Shown: positions 1-10,353 of the stretch, piece by piece
How positions within the stretch are numbered: the first letter of the stretch is position 1
Layout: each line of letters opens with the position of its first letter
Origin: an uncultured Thermoprotei archaeon
Lineage (GTDB): Archaea > Thermoproteota > Thermoprotei > Thermofilales > B15-G2
Assembly: GCA_965367815.1 (NCBI GenBank)
Contig: CBDUKN010000001.1
Location: 1-64,000, forward strand
Direction: 5' to 3'
Length of the DNA: 64,000 nt
The notes under the pieces: generated by a model
The model's input: the letters and a program-made list of their open reading frames with translations, nothing else
Database searches by the model: none
What the model was told of the DNA's origin: nothing
Position numbers and translations under genes: made by a program

Positions 1-26
1 ATAAGTGCCCAAAAAATGTAAATAAC

Positions 27-78
27 GGTGATGAAGTTTAGCCCCTTCTGAGCGATGAAGACTTCGGCAGGAGCTGAT
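27..78 (+). ncRNA. Box C/D methylation-guide sRNA
   Basis: Box C GTGATGA (28-34), 13-nt guide, box D' CTGA (48-51), box C' GCGATGA (52-58), 15-nt guide, box D CTGA (74-77). Canonical archaeal spacing, in intergenic DNA. Confidence 0.85.
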
Positions 79-431
79 TGCATCTATTAATGTTAATAAA
101 AAATTTTAAGTTAAAGAAAAGCGAGTGCAATAAGTAAATAGTAAACAATTGTTAAGCTAAAATAGTTTTTGTAGAATTCAGCGCTTTGCGGTATATTTTC
201 GTTAAAGATCCCATTGTAGTTCTTCTGCTGAAAATCCTTTGAGACGAGAGATCAATGAAATAGAAATTATTGCTTTAGATTACTGCTAGTTGAATAAATA
301 AATTCACTGCTATGAAATATTTTAATACTTTCGACAAAATATTAATTAATTATAATAAAGATTATAGAATAATGAATAAAAGGAGTGGCTAGAATATGAA
401 AAATAGTTAAAAAATAAGCTATAAGGTATTT

Positions 432-3400
432 TTAAAGAGTTTCTTCGCACACTAGTATTTTTGCTTTCTTGAAACCAAATGGCTTTAGCATGTATTTATC
501 TGTCCAGGATGTTTCGTCAGCGAATGAGCTTACACTGATAAACGTTGGGTCTCCTTCTTTATGATGTAGTGGCCCCATGGCGTTTCTCAGCGTACCTACT
601 AGAACTATTTTGATTTTATTGTAGCCATTTTTGATATAGACGCTTATGTCGAGTTTGAATGGTCTTAAGAATACTTCTCCAGCTTTCTTGCCGTTGAGAT
701 ATACGATAGCTAGTGCTGCTTTGAGGTCTTCTAGCTCTATGTATATTTTCTTTTTCTCTGGTAACTTTAAGTAGAATTCTTTTTCTAACACTATTTCGCC
801 TGCATAGAACGGGTAGCCTTCTTTGCACAAGTCTTCTGTACTGCTTACTGCTTCTTTTTCGTCTGTTATAATATACTTTCCGTTCTTTTCTTTAACTGCA
901 AAGTCTCCTAGAATATATATGTTTTCTAGCTCGGGCTCTAGTCCTATTTCTCCTTCGAGTTCTACTGTGTTGAGACCTTTTCCTACTAGCTTTGATATGT
1001 CCGTTAATCCAAAGTTCCAGTCTAGCCATGTTCCGTCTTTACCCAACTCTATTTCTGTTCCATTGACTTTTGCTTTAAATGCCTTCGGATTTTCTACTGC
1101 TAAGAATACTTTTCTGTCTGCTAGATCTATTTCTGACTCAAATTCGAAGCGCAACGCAAACTTTGTTCCTACTCCTTTAGAAACTAGTTCTTTATGAGCT
1201 TTAGGTACTGGTATTAATGGGCTCCATGCTCCTTTTACTCTGTATCTGCAATAGTCTAGTACTAGTATGTTTTTGTCTACTCTTTTTATCTTCCAGTCCT
1301 TGTCTAGTTCTACTACCTTGACTGATACTTCTCTTTTTTCAATAGCATAGCTTGGTGTACCTTCTCTGAAGACGAGTAGCTTTGAGTTAACTGGGTATAG
1401 TGTTAGGTCGACCCATGTTCTGTTTTCCTCTAGTCTACATATCTTCTCGGAGATTTTTCCTGTGAATAGATCCCAGTCTTCTGCTTTCCATGAACCCGCT
1501 ACTCCTACTTTTATGCTGTATGTTTTTTCTCTACTTATGTTAGTTAAGAAGAGTACAAGTGTATTGTCCTCTAGTCTTCTCAGCTGATATAATACTTCGC
1601 CGTTTTCGTCTCCTTCGATGACTATTGGTTTCTCAATGTTCTTGAGTGCTTCGCTTAACTTCTCTAAGTTTTCAACGACCTTGATTTTAGTGAGTAGTTC
1701 TTCTAGCTCTTTACTAGGTTCACCTGAAACTAGTTTAGGTAGTGGAGGTAAGGCTATTACTGTTCCTCCTTTCTCAATGAACTCTTTGACTAGATTAAGT
1801 GTGGATTTAGAAATATTTATTGAAGGCGGTATTATTAGGACGCTGTATTTCGCTTCACCTACTTTTAGTTTGCCGTCTTCTACTTTGCCGTATTTCTCTA
1901 GAATCATTTCGTCGCCTAAATCGAAGTCGATATGTAGTTTTAGCATGTGCTTTAGGAGCTTCTTGAATTCGTTATCTAGCTCTACTACTTTAGATGAGTT
2001 TAATGGACTGTAAAGTATCCATGCGCTACTTATTGGGTGCAGTATTAGTACGTTTACTTCTCTTTTTCCTTGTGATAGTATGTAACATAGTCTGGCAAAG
2101 TATAGCTCGATTATTTTGTTATACTTCCACCAGGGCTGACTCCAGTGGAATATGAGTCCGTAGTCTTTCTTTCTTCTTCCTCTGAGAGAGTATGGGACTA
2201 AGTGGTGATTCAGCAGAGTTACTCCTTGGACTACGAGCCAGTCTCCTATCCATTTTCTATCCTCGAAGCTGGGGCCGAAGCCTGTGCAGCCGTAAGTTTC
2301 ACATAGTATTCTTTTTCTTCCAAGCTGGTTAGCTACGCTCGCAACTTGTCTTACTGTGAGAAAAGTATGCCATATTTCCATGCCTAGGTGGTCTATACCG
2401 GGTATGTGTTGATATTCATAGTGAGGCATTAGGGCGCCGTTGCAAATCATCTGTGATAGTAAAGTGTCTTCCGCCAAGTAGTGTCCAGTAAACTTTAAGT
2501 TATGTTTATCGCACCACTCGTAAAGCTGCTTTGAGAATGCCTCAAGGAACATTATGGTTACTGTTTTCCAGTAATCGTACCTTGTTTTAGTGTAGTCTCC
2601 TATGTCGAAGAATAATTCAGGTAGTTTTTCTAGTAGGTCATAGCCATTTAGCTCTTTGAATTTTTCTGGAAGAGTATCTGTCCATGGTAGAGAGTATACA
2701 GGGAATCGTGGGCCTCGCGGAGGTATCTGTGTTGGTGCACGTGGACGGCTAGCCGTAATATTGGGTTCGTCTGTAAAGACTCCCGGTACTGTTTTTCCGA
2801 ATTCTTCTTTAAACTGTTTGTAGGGCTCGTAAGCTGCTTTAATAAACTCTGCTACGGTTTCTTTGTCAAGCAAATCTACGTAGCAGAATCCAGAGAACCA
2901 TGTTTCTCCTATTGGTGCTACATATCTAACGAAATTTAAGTAAAGATATTCTCGGCTGGCTTCACCTGGCGACGCCTTCTCATAGGTTACTGGATATTCT
3001 TTTTCATTTACTTTACACTTGAAGACTGCTATAATGTCGTCACCTTCATGTGCCCTGTTGTCTATTATAAGCACAAGTGCTTTTGCTCTATACTTTGAAC
3101 TCTTGGCTGGAACAAGTCCTCCAGCAAAGCCTGAAGGCCACCAGAGTTCATCGTATATCCAGATATACATTCCTCTTTTCTTAGCTTCCTCAACTGCCGC
3201 GCTAAATGCCTCAAACCACTCTTTGCTCAAGAAAGGAGTCACTAGTCCTTCTCTTGCATGAAAGAACGCTCCGCCATAACCGCCTTCGTCGAGCAAAGCT
3301 ACTTGTCTCTTCACTTCTTCACTTGTCAGAATATCGTTTATGGACCAGAAGGGGGCTCCTCTGTACTCTTTTGGAGGATTAACGAATTTTTCTCTATCTA

Positions 3401-3446
3401 TCAAACGGGGTCCCCAAATGTACCTTATGGCGACAATATAATACAC
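432..3446 (-). CDS. Large glycoside hydrolase, GH106/GH2-like (alpha-L-rhamnosidase-like)
   Basis: Motifs PFWSIN, WIYDExxWPSGFAGG, FTDEP, PGIDHL, SVANQLGRKRILCETYG; C-terminal sugar-binding GYPFYAG. Likely start is TTG at 3404. Confidence 0.8.
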   Translation of the reverse strand: MYYIVAIRYIWGPRLIDREKFVNPPKEYRGAPFWSINDILTSEEVKRQVALLDEGGYGGAFFHAREGLVTPFLSKEWFEAFSAAVEEAKKRGMYIWIYDELWWPSGFAGGLVPAKSSKYRAKALVLIIDNRAHEGDDIIAVFKCKVNEKEYPVTYEKASPGEASREYLYLNFVRYVAPIGETWFSGFCYVDLLDKETVAEFIKAAYEPYKQFKEEFGKTVPGVFTDEPNITASRPRAPTQIPPRGPRFPVYSLPWTDTLPEKFKELNGYDLLEKLPELFFDIGDYTKTRYDYWKTVTIMFLEAFSKQLYEWCDKHNLKFTGHYLAEDTLLSQMICNGALMPHYEYQHIPGIDHLGMEIWHTFLTVRQVASVANQLGRKRILCETYGCTGFGPSFEDRKWIGDWLVVQGVTLLNHHLVPYSLRGRRKKDYGLIFHWSQPWWKYNKIIELYFARLCYILSQGKREVNVLILHPISSAWILYSPLNSSKVVELDNEFKKLLKHMLKLHIDFDLGDEMILEKYGKVEDGKLKVGEAKYSVLIIPPSINISKSTLNLVKEFIEKGGTVIALPPLPKLVSGEPSKELEELLTKIKVVENLEKLSEALKNIEKPIVIEGDENGEVLYQLRRLEDNTLVLFLTNISREKTYSIKVGVAGSWKAEDWDLFTGKISEKICRLEENRTWVDLTLYPVNSKLLVFREGTPSYAIEKREVSVKVVELDKDWKIKRVDKNILVLDYCRYRVKGAWSPLIPVPKAHKELVSKGVGTKFALRFEFESEIDLADRKVFLAVENPKAFKAKVNGTEIELGKDGTWLDWNFGLTDISKLVGKGLNTVELEGEIGLEPELENIYILGDFAVKEKNGKYIITDEKEAVSSTEDLCKEGYPFYAGEIVLEKEFYLKLPEKKKIYIELEDLKAALAIVYLNGKKAGEVFLRPFKLDISVYIKNGYNKIKIVLVGTLRNAMGPLHHKEGDPTFISVSSFADETSWTDKYMLKPFGFKKAKILVCEETL

Positions 3447-3560
3447 TTTCTTTTCTTCTCTCGAGATTAAGATAATTTGAATTATGTAAAGTTAGGATAG
3501 TTCCGAACATTACGTAGACTTTTTATTTAACCGCTTATTAAGTAAACGTAAGGTGTATGT

Positions 3561-3926
3561 GTGATTTTACATAGGATTAAGGAAACTCTTGAATCATTCG
3601 GATATGAAGTAGAAGTAAATGGTAAAATAAAAGGCTTAAGCGGCGTTGTTCACGATTTTGATGTTCTTGCACGTAAGGGCGAAACTACTATCGGAGTAAT
3701 TATTGGAAATGATGATTTTCATTTAAGCTACGTTGTAGGCATAGTTAAAGCAATAGATGTTAAAGATACTTGTGTAATACTTTTAGTCGAAAAGAAATAT
3801 GCTGAACTTGATGTCAAGTCTTCTAAAAACTTTCACCTACTAGTATATGAGTCTCCCGTAGATCTTGAAGGAAAGCTAAAAGAATTAATTGGTGTTTGCG
3901 AAAATAGCTCAGAGAAACATGAGTGA
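3561..3926 (+). CDS. Small PD-(D/E)XK restriction-endonuclease-fold protein (Mrr-like, possibly degenerate)
   Basis: LESFGYEVEVN..IKGLSGVVHDFDVLA pattern typical of archaeal Mrr-like domains; the E-x-K motif is not evident. Confidence 0.55.
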   Translation: MILHRIKETLESFGYEVEVNGKIKGLSGVVHDFDVLARKGETTIGVIIGNDDFHLSYVVGIVKAIDVKDTCVILLVEKKYAELDVKSSKNFHLLVYESPVDLEGKLKELIGVCENSSEKHE

Positions 3927-4650
3927 ATACGAAATTTTAGTGACTGAAAAGCTTAAACACAGAAGTATTAGAAGTCTCTTTAGAGTAATTGATGCATTCC
4001 AGTCATATGAGGGCGACTGGAGTATAATTTTAATGCCGAAAGAAGTAGCCGAAGGCGATGTAGACGAGAGTAACTTAGATAAGGCTACACCTATTCCAGC
4101 CACACACGGCGCTATACTTTTTCCTGACTTCATTGTAAATGAAGATAAGTTAGCTGAAATAGTTAATCTACCTGTAGGAGAACGTAAGATCATTGAATCT
4201 GGTACACCTCTGTGGCTTGTCTTAAGGGAAAGCAAACTCGAATATCTTTTCGAACGATATCCTGAGCTAATTGAAGAAACGTCGTTCGAAGTATTTCTTC
4301 CACTTAAAGAAAATTGTGAAGTAGATATTTCTAAAGAGTCTTTTCCTTACCTTGACCGAGTAGAGATATTTGAAACAGAGGTACAGCTGCTAGATCCAGA
4401 AATTGTTTTAAAAATACTTAATGAAGTAAATTACGTTGACGAGTATTTGGAGAAAATCGAAGAAGCTTTTAGTGAAAAAGCTGTAGAAGAAAAAACCAAA
4501 GTGCTAGCTATTAGAGGTATCTGTCCTGCATCTATTACTTTAAGTAGGCTTGAAAATTACGTGAAGAAGCTTGTAGAAGAAAATGATTGCTTTAAAGAAG
4601 GAACGATGATGTTTACTCGAATATATCTTCGTGAAGCTTGGTCTCCTTAA
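3919..4650 (+). CDS. Hypothetical acidic protein
   Basis: Long ORF with native codon usage; ATG at 3919 overlaps the end of the upstream gene. Confidence 0.6.
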   Translation: MSEYEILVTEKLKHRSIRSLFRVIDAFQSYEGDWSIILMPKEVAEGDVDESNLDKATPIPATHGAILFPDFIVNEDKLAEIVNLPVGERKIIESGTPLWLVLRESKLEYLFERYPELIEETSFEVFLPLKENCEVDISKESFPYLDRVEIFETEVQLLDPEIVLKILNEVNYVDEYLEKIEEAFSEKAVEEKTKVLAIRGICPASITLSRLENYVKKLVEENDCFKEGTMMFTRIYLREAWSP

Positions 4651-5155
4651 TCAAGTAAAGCAACAGTGTAGCCAGAGTTTTAGAGTCTTTTATTTTCCCT
4701 TCTTTTACCATAGTAATGAGGTCTTTTAAAGAAACCTCCACGACGCTTATCTCTTCATCGACTTCAAGCTTCTGTTTCTCAGCTGAAGAAACTCTAGCTA
4801 CATAAGAGTAGACTATTTCAGTCGATGTTCCAGGTGAGGCATAAAATGAGCCCAGATATTCGAGTTCGTCAGCTATATATCCTGTTTCCTCGGCAAGTTC
4901 TCTTTTAGCGCAGTCTTCAGGCGACTCTCCTTCTTGAAGTGTTCCTGCAGGAATCTCGAAAAGACTCTCTCCTACAATGTACCTGTACTGCTTTACTAAA
5001 ACTATCTTACCGTCACTTTTAACAGGAAAAATAGCTGCCACGCCGGGGTGCTTGACAGCTTCAGCTATAAATTCTCCTCTTTCTGTACGGTAAAATTGTC
5101 TCGAAACAGCTATTTTAGCTCCTTTGTATAGATATTTCTCGCCTATTTTAATCAT
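4613..5155 (-). CDS. NUDIX hydrolase (ADP-ribose pyrophosphatase-like)
   Basis: Nudix box GTLQEGESPEDCAKRELAEETG, plus KQYRY and SPG motifs. True start is ATG 5155; the upstream extension overlaps nfeD. Confidence 0.9.
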   Translation of the reverse strand: MIKIGEKYLYKGAKIAVSRQFYRTERGEFIAEAVKHPGVAAIFPVKSDGKIVLVKQYRYIVGESLFEIPAGTLQEGESPEDCAKRELAEETGYIADELEYLGSFYASPGTSTEIVYSYVARVSSAEKQKLEVDEEISVVEVSLKDLITMVKEGKIKDSKTLATLLLYLIKETKLHEDIFE

Positions 5156-5228
5156 ACTTAACGATAGTATTGAGTACAAATAAGTATTGTCGCAAAAGAT
5201 ATTATCTCGGCGCGTGTAATAAATATAG

Positions 5229-6506
5229 ATGAAAAACGGGCTTCTAGTCCTTTTATTAGCTCTCTGTATTCTAGCTGGAAGTGCCCCTATTTTGTTGAAC
5301 AAGCCTGAAAAAGTAGTTGTAGTAGTTGAAGTAAAGCAGCCTATTAACGAGGGCGCACATCTTCTTGTAGCAAGAGCTGTCGCTGAAGCAAACAGTCTCT
5401 CGGCATCATGTTTAATCATAGTGTTAGATACTTACGGAGGATACCTATACTCAATGGACGCTATTGTGAGTGAGCTCTCTAAGTGCCAGTGCATAAAAAT
5501 AGCCTGGATTCCTCCAGGCGCTAAGGCTGTTTCGGCGGGCGCGATCATCGCCTTGAGCGCCGACGAAATATACATGGGGAGCGGGGCTGTAATAGGTGCC
5601 TGCAAGCCCTACCCATATGAGACTAAAGTAGTAGAATATGTTAAAGCTAGAATAAGAAGTCTTGCCGAAAAACGAGGCTTAAGTAATGGAACTATACGCA
5701 CTTTAGAAAAAATGGTGTATGAAAGTAAAGCATTTACAACTGAAGAAGCATTAAAACTAGGGCTCGCTTCAGGTCGCGCAGACTCACTGTCTGAAGTTTT
5801 AGTCAAACTTGGGTTAAAGGGTGCACGTCTAGTAGTAATTAGACCAGACCTAACTGTAGAAATAGCTGCCCTTATCTTCGATCCAGCTGTCGCCTTGATA
5901 ATGCTTATAACAGGTATTTTACTAATTCTTCTCGAAATTAAGGCGACAGGTTTTCAAGGATGGGGTCTTCTAGGAGGTTTTCTAATAGCTCTGTCTCTGT
6001 ATGTAATGGGTATTATAGGATGGAGAATTCTCTCACTAGTTTTAGTAGCCTTAGGAATATTTTCAATAATACTTGAGCTAAAAAAGCCAGGAATACAGAT
6101 TTTCGGAGTCATCGGAGTTACTTTACTTATTCTTGCAGTCATACTAGAGGCTTTCAGTCAACCCTACATGAATCCGTGGACCTATATTCCGCCGCTAGCT
6201 TTCTTTACGGCAGTAGTTTCTTCCATAATACTGCTAATAATACTAAAGGCTTCTAAAATGCTCAAAATGCCTATTCCGACATTAGAAGAAAAGCTTTCAG
6301 GAAAAATAGGCTATGCTAAAACAGAAATATCTCCCAATAAACCAGGTGTTGTAATCGTTGAAAACGAAGAATGGAGCGCTATTTCTAGCGAAAAGATAGA
6401 AAAAGGTGAAAGAATTGTTGTAGAAAAAGTAGAGGGCTTAACTTTAATTATCAGAAAAGCTACGAAAGAAAACACGTCCAAGGATACAGGAAGTCAGAAG
6501 AAATAA
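5229..6506 (+). CDS. nfeD: NfeD family membrane-bound serine protease
   Basis: Signal peptide, LDTYGG, AVSAG, GAVIGA, TM region, C-terminal OB domain (GVVIVENEEWSA); adjacent to stomatin. Confidence 0.9.
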   Translation: MKNGLLVLLLALCILAGSAPILLNKPEKVVVVVEVKQPINEGAHLLVARAVAEANSLSASCLIIVLDTYGGYLYSMDAIVSELSKCQCIKIAWIPPGAKAVSAGAIIALSADEIYMGSGAVIGACKPYPYETKVVEYVKARIRSLAEKRGLSNGTIRTLEKMVYESKAFTTEEALKLGLASGRADSLSEVLVKLGLKGARLVVIRPDLTVEIAALIFDPAVALIMLITGILLILLEIKATGFQGWGLLGGFLIALSLYVMGIIGWRILSLVLVALGIFSIILELKKPGIQIFGVIGVTLLILAVILEAFSQPYMNPWTYIPPLAFFTAVVSSIILLIILKASKMLKMPIPTLEEKLSGKIGYAKTEISPNKPGVVIVENEEWSAISSEKIEKGERIVVEKVEGLTLIIRKATKENTSKDTGSQKK

Positions 6507-6528
6507 ATAATTCAGTGAAAATAGTAAA

Positions 6529-7497
6529 GTGATGCCATATTACCTCCTATTTCTTCTCCAAGAATTTCTCCCATCACTGAGTATTTCAGTAGAGTTTCTA
6601 ATAATGCTCCTCGCCTTCATTATACTAGCTGCTATTATAGCTTCAGGAATAAGGATAGTCCCCGAATTTCAGCGGGTTGTTGTCTTTCGTCTAGGCAGAG
6701 TAGTTGCAGTAAAAGGACCAGGACTCATATTCCTGATACCATTTATTGATCGAGGAGTTGTTGTGGATTTGAGAGAACAGTATATTGAAGTAACTAGACA
6801 GACCTGTATTACGAAAGATAACGCGCCGGTAGACATTGACTTCCTTATATACTTCAAGGTAGTAGATCCTAAGCTCAGTGTTCTTGAAGTAAGCGACTTC
6901 AGAGGCGCCGCAATAGGAATCGCTACTACAACACTGAGAGCCGTAGTAGGCGACATTGATTTAGATCAAGTTCTCGCTAGAAGAGAGTACATAAACGAAG
7001 TTCTTCGAACAAAACTAGACGAAGTTACAGCAAGGTGGGGTGTTAAAGTCACTGCAGTAGAAATACGCGAAATTCTACCACCTAGAGCCGTCCAAGAAGC
7101 CATGATTAAGCAGATGAGCGCGGAGAGAAACAGAAGAGCAATGGTGACTGAAGCCGAAGGAAAGAAGGAGGCAGCTATTAGAGTCGCTGAAGGAGAAAAA
7201 GAGGCAGCTATACTTAAGGCAGAGGGAGAAAAACAGGCAAGAATACTGAAAGCTGAAGGAGATAAGCAGGCAGCTATTTTGAGAGCCGAAGGAGCAGCTA
7301 CTGCTCTTAAGATGATAAACGATACTGCTAAGCTGCTAGACCACAGAACACTGCTACTACAGTACCTCGAGGCTCTAAAGGATATTGCTTCAGCACCGTC
7401 GTCTAAGATAATCCTACCGATGGAGCTGTTTAAACTAATTACACCTCTAGAGAAAATTTCGAGAGTAGTTAGCGGAGAAAAAGAGGAGTCTAAGTAA
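6529..7497 (+). CDS. SPFH/stomatin (band 7) protein
   Basis: VVFRLGR, GPGLIFLIPFID, ITKDNA, WGVKVTAVEI, and AEG-repeat coiled coil. Confidence 0.95.
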   Translation: MMPYYLLFLLQEFLPSLSISVEFLIMLLAFIILAAIIASGIRIVPEFQRVVVFRLGRVVAVKGPGLIFLIPFIDRGVVVDLREQYIEVTRQTCITKDNAPVDIDFLIYFKVVDPKLSVLEVSDFRGAAIGIATTTLRAVVGDIDLDQVLARREYINEVLRTKLDEVTARWGVKVTAVEIREILPPRAVQEAMIKQMSAERNRRAMVTEAEGKKEAAIRVAEGEKEAAILKAEGEKQARILKAEGDKQAAILRAEGAATALKMINDTAKLLDHRTLLLQYLEALKDIASAPSSKIILPMELFKLITPLEKISRVVSGEKEESK

Positions 7498-8317
7498 TCG
7501 ATAGCACTATTTCTTCTCCCTTCTTTACTCCTAGTTTTTCTGCCGCACTTCCCTTAAATACTCCTAGCTCAGCTAAACCAAAGCTGTTTTCGTAAAACGC
7601 TAGCTCGCCTTCGTTTACTTCAGCAAAGGTCTTCGCTACTGTAGCCTTGCCTTTAAATGACTTCGTTTCTACGGTAACAGGCTTAGAGTAGCTTAAGCCT
7701 AGTGCTCTAAAAACTGTCGAAAATCTCGCCGATAAAGCGACATTGCCGAATTTATCTATGTAAACTACCTTTAGTTTAATGGTCTCTCCCTCAATAGACT
7801 CTAGTATTCTTATACCGGGCTTAATCAACTTGTCCGCAGATACTCGAGGACCTAGCTCGCTTAATTTTATGCCTTTACTTATCCATGCTGCTACAGGCGA
7901 GAAAATGTCTCTTCCATGAAAAGTGTGGGAGACAGGGTGAAGGAAGAATTTTTCGTTCTCTAAGTAGACTATTTCTTCGAAGCCGTCTTCTTCAGCTGCT
8001 AAGTACATTAAACCGTTGTCGGGCCCTACAAAGTAGTAGTTTTCAGAGGCAATAGCTATGCTTTTTCTAGCAGACCCCACGCCAGGATCTACTACACAGA
8101 CAAAAACTGTTCCGGGAGGAAAATACTTGTAAGACGCCCACAGCACTAAAGCGCCTCTGTCAATATCAAAGCTAGGTACTTCATGAGAGATGTCAATAAT
8201 GACTGCTTCGGGATTTATTCTCAGAATTACAGCTTTCATTATGGCTACATAAGGGTCTTTTAAGCCAAAATCTGTAAGCAATGCTACTATCCCCGAGGGC
8301 TTACGCATAGTTATCAA
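7490..8317 (-). CDS. SAM hydroxide adenosyltransferase / SAM-dependent halogenase family (DUF62)
   Basis: LLTDFG..DPYV, VVDPGVG, GPDNG, TFHGRDIF, IDKFGN motifs. Confidence 0.93.
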   Translation of the reverse strand: MITMRKPSGIVALLTDFGLKDPYVAIMKAVILRINPEAVIIDISHEVPSFDIDRGALVLWASYKYFPPGTVFVCVVDPGVGSARKSIAIASENYYFVGPDNGLMYLAAEEDGFEEIVYLENEKFFLHPVSHTFHGRDIFSPVAAWISKGIKLSELGPRVSADKLIKPGIRILESIEGETIKLKVVYIDKFGNVALSARFSTVFRALGLSYSKPVTVETKSFKGKATVAKTFAEVNEGELAFYENSFGLAELGVFKGSAAEKLGVKKGEEIVLSIT

Positions 8318-8329
8318 ATTTGCTACCTT

Positions 8330-9001
8330 CTACTTCAATTTTCTCACAACAATGATGAAAGCGGCCATATCTAAAGGAATTATGAGTAGGGCTAAGCCGA
8401 ACTTTATTAGAGCATTGTGGAGACTGTGGAGAAAACAGGCTACAAGGAAGCCCTCTAAGCTACTCCATTTTCTTTTATAGAAAACCGATACGGCGTAGAA
8501 GTATCCGAAGACAGCTGAAGAGGCAGCATGCACTAATGTAGAAGAGATTGCTCGAAGCAGCCCTATGAATACAAACGGTTCTTGAAACGCATAGATTATT
8601 GCTTCGAGCGTAGCAAACCCCAGTCCTGATGCTGCTCCATAGACTATTCCGTCGTCAAGTTCATTAAACACTGTTCTCCGCATGCTGACTAAGTATACTC
8701 CAATAAATTTAGCTAGCTCCTCTACTACTGGAATTGTCATTACAGGCTCTGCTAGTTCACCTAAAGAAGTCTCGGCTATCAGCGAAACCAATGTTGATAC
8801 AATGAAACCGTATGAGAAAACAGCGAAAACCATAAAAAGCGGCTCTCTTTCTATGCGGTCTTTTCTCCAAACATAGATTAAGTACGCCAATCCCGGTATA
8901 GCAGTGACTGCAAAGAAGATAGGTGAGAAGAAAATTGATGCAATGAACGCTAGTACAGTTACCGTGGATACAATAGCCTCCATTAGCTTAAGTGTCTCCA
9001 T
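8330..9001 (-). CDS. PrsW family intramembrane metalloprotease
   Basis: EREP, PVVEELAK, DGIVYGAASGLGFATLE, HxxxS and LHSLHN motifs. Confidence 0.9.
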   Translation of the reverse strand: METLKLMEAIVSTVTVLAFIASIFFSPIFFAVTAIPGLAYLIYVWRKDRIEREPLFMVFAVFSYGFIVSTLVSLIAETSLGELAEPVMTIPVVEELAKFIGVYLVSMRRTVFNELDDGIVYGAASGLGFATLEAIIYAFQEPFVFIGLLRAISSTLVHAASSAVFGYFYAVSVFYKRKWSSLEGFLVACFLHSLHNALIKFGLALLIIPLDMAAFIIVVRKLK

Positions 9002-9098
9002 AAAATTCCTTAATCTAACTCACTTAAGTATTTCACCTTGAAAATTCTAGGAAATTATATAAAGGCCTATAGGAAAGCTCTCTAGTCAAGGTGATGCT

Positions 9099-10300
9099 AT
9101 GGAACAACACTATTAACTAGAAAAACATTCTTTAAGACCATTAGCTCGCTGTGGCAGTCAATATTAGGTCTATTAGCAGATATAGGAGGCTTGCTAGCAG
9201 GTTTCTTTTTAGCTTACTACACTTCTATACTTTTTAAGGTAAAATGGGCTCTTGCAGCATATCCCGGTGTGCTCAGTCTTAGAGGAGTTGTTAATGGGGT
9301 CTTCTGCGGAAGGCTAAGCACGGGATTACATCTAGGTACTATTAAAGCGGGTTTCCGAAAAAATACTAGAGAGTTTTATGCTTTAGAAGCGGCTGTCTTC
9401 ACTTTAAATATGTTGTGTGCGATTTCTATGTCAGCTGTTTTTACACTATTTGGTGTCAGTCTTTGGGGTGTGAGGCGAGAAGACCTTTTCCCTATGTGGG
9501 TTGGATTGATTTCCTCAATGGCGCTGTCTTTTATATTAATAAATCCCGCCACTCTGGCTTTTGCTGCTCTTTCATATAAGAAGGGATATGATCCCGACTA
9601 CTTAGCCTATCCCGTTATGTCTACTGCTGGAGACGTAATAGTGACTCTATGCTATATATTTGTAGTAACTTTTATTAACTTGGGAGGCCTTTATTTAATG
9701 GCTCTACTATCTATTTCTTCACTATTTTTTACAGGATTACTTATAGTAAAGTATATGAAGCGAAGTGAATATTTATCTATACTCAAAGAAACTATAATGA
9801 CTTTGACTATTGTTGTCAGTATTGTAGGATTTACAGGTACTGCCTTAACTGAAATAAGCCGTATTATAGGACAGTACCCGGCTGTTTACATGATATATCC
9901 TGCTGTACTAGATACTGTCGGCGATGTAGGGTCTATTATAGGCTCTACGTTAACTACAAAATTGGCTCTAGGAGAAGCCTCGACAGACACGAAAGTTTTT
10001 CTTGAACATTTACCTGAAGTGATTGGAAGCTGGCTTGCTAGCATAATTATGTTTTTAACATATACTCTTTTTGCATCAGTTTGCTTCGGATACCAGCTAG
10101 TAGACTTTGTTTCATTGTCCGCTCTTGTGCTCAAAGCAAATATAATTGCTGTAAGCACAATATCGTTGCTCGCTGTATCGGTAGCAGTAGCTGCATACAG
10201 ATATGGACTGGACCCAGACAACTTCGTTAATCCAATAGTAAGCGCTATTGCTGACGCGTTAACAAGCTTTTCTATTCTAGTCTCTCTAGCAGTGATTTAA
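9099..10300 (+). CDS. mgtE: MgtE/SLC41 family magnesium transporter (apparent 5' frameshift)
   Basis: Duplicated MgtE domain (GRLSTGLHLG, DPDYLAYP..STAGD; GSTLTTKLALG, DPDNFVNP..ADAL). The RBS-preceded ATG at 9099 is out of frame with the main ORF (ORF track start 9191). Confidence 0.85.
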
Positions 10301-10353
10301 TAGCATAAGATGCGATAACTTTTAAAGCTCTTTTACTAAAATAGTACGGATAT

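Noticed and set aside
5156-5419. N-terminal extension of the NUDIX ORF
   Set aside because: Antisense overlap with nfeD; the Nudix domain starts at ATG 5155.
7140-7300. Tandem GCTGAAGGA-like repeats
   Set aside because: These encode the normal AEG coiled-coil repeats of the stomatin; not CRISPR.
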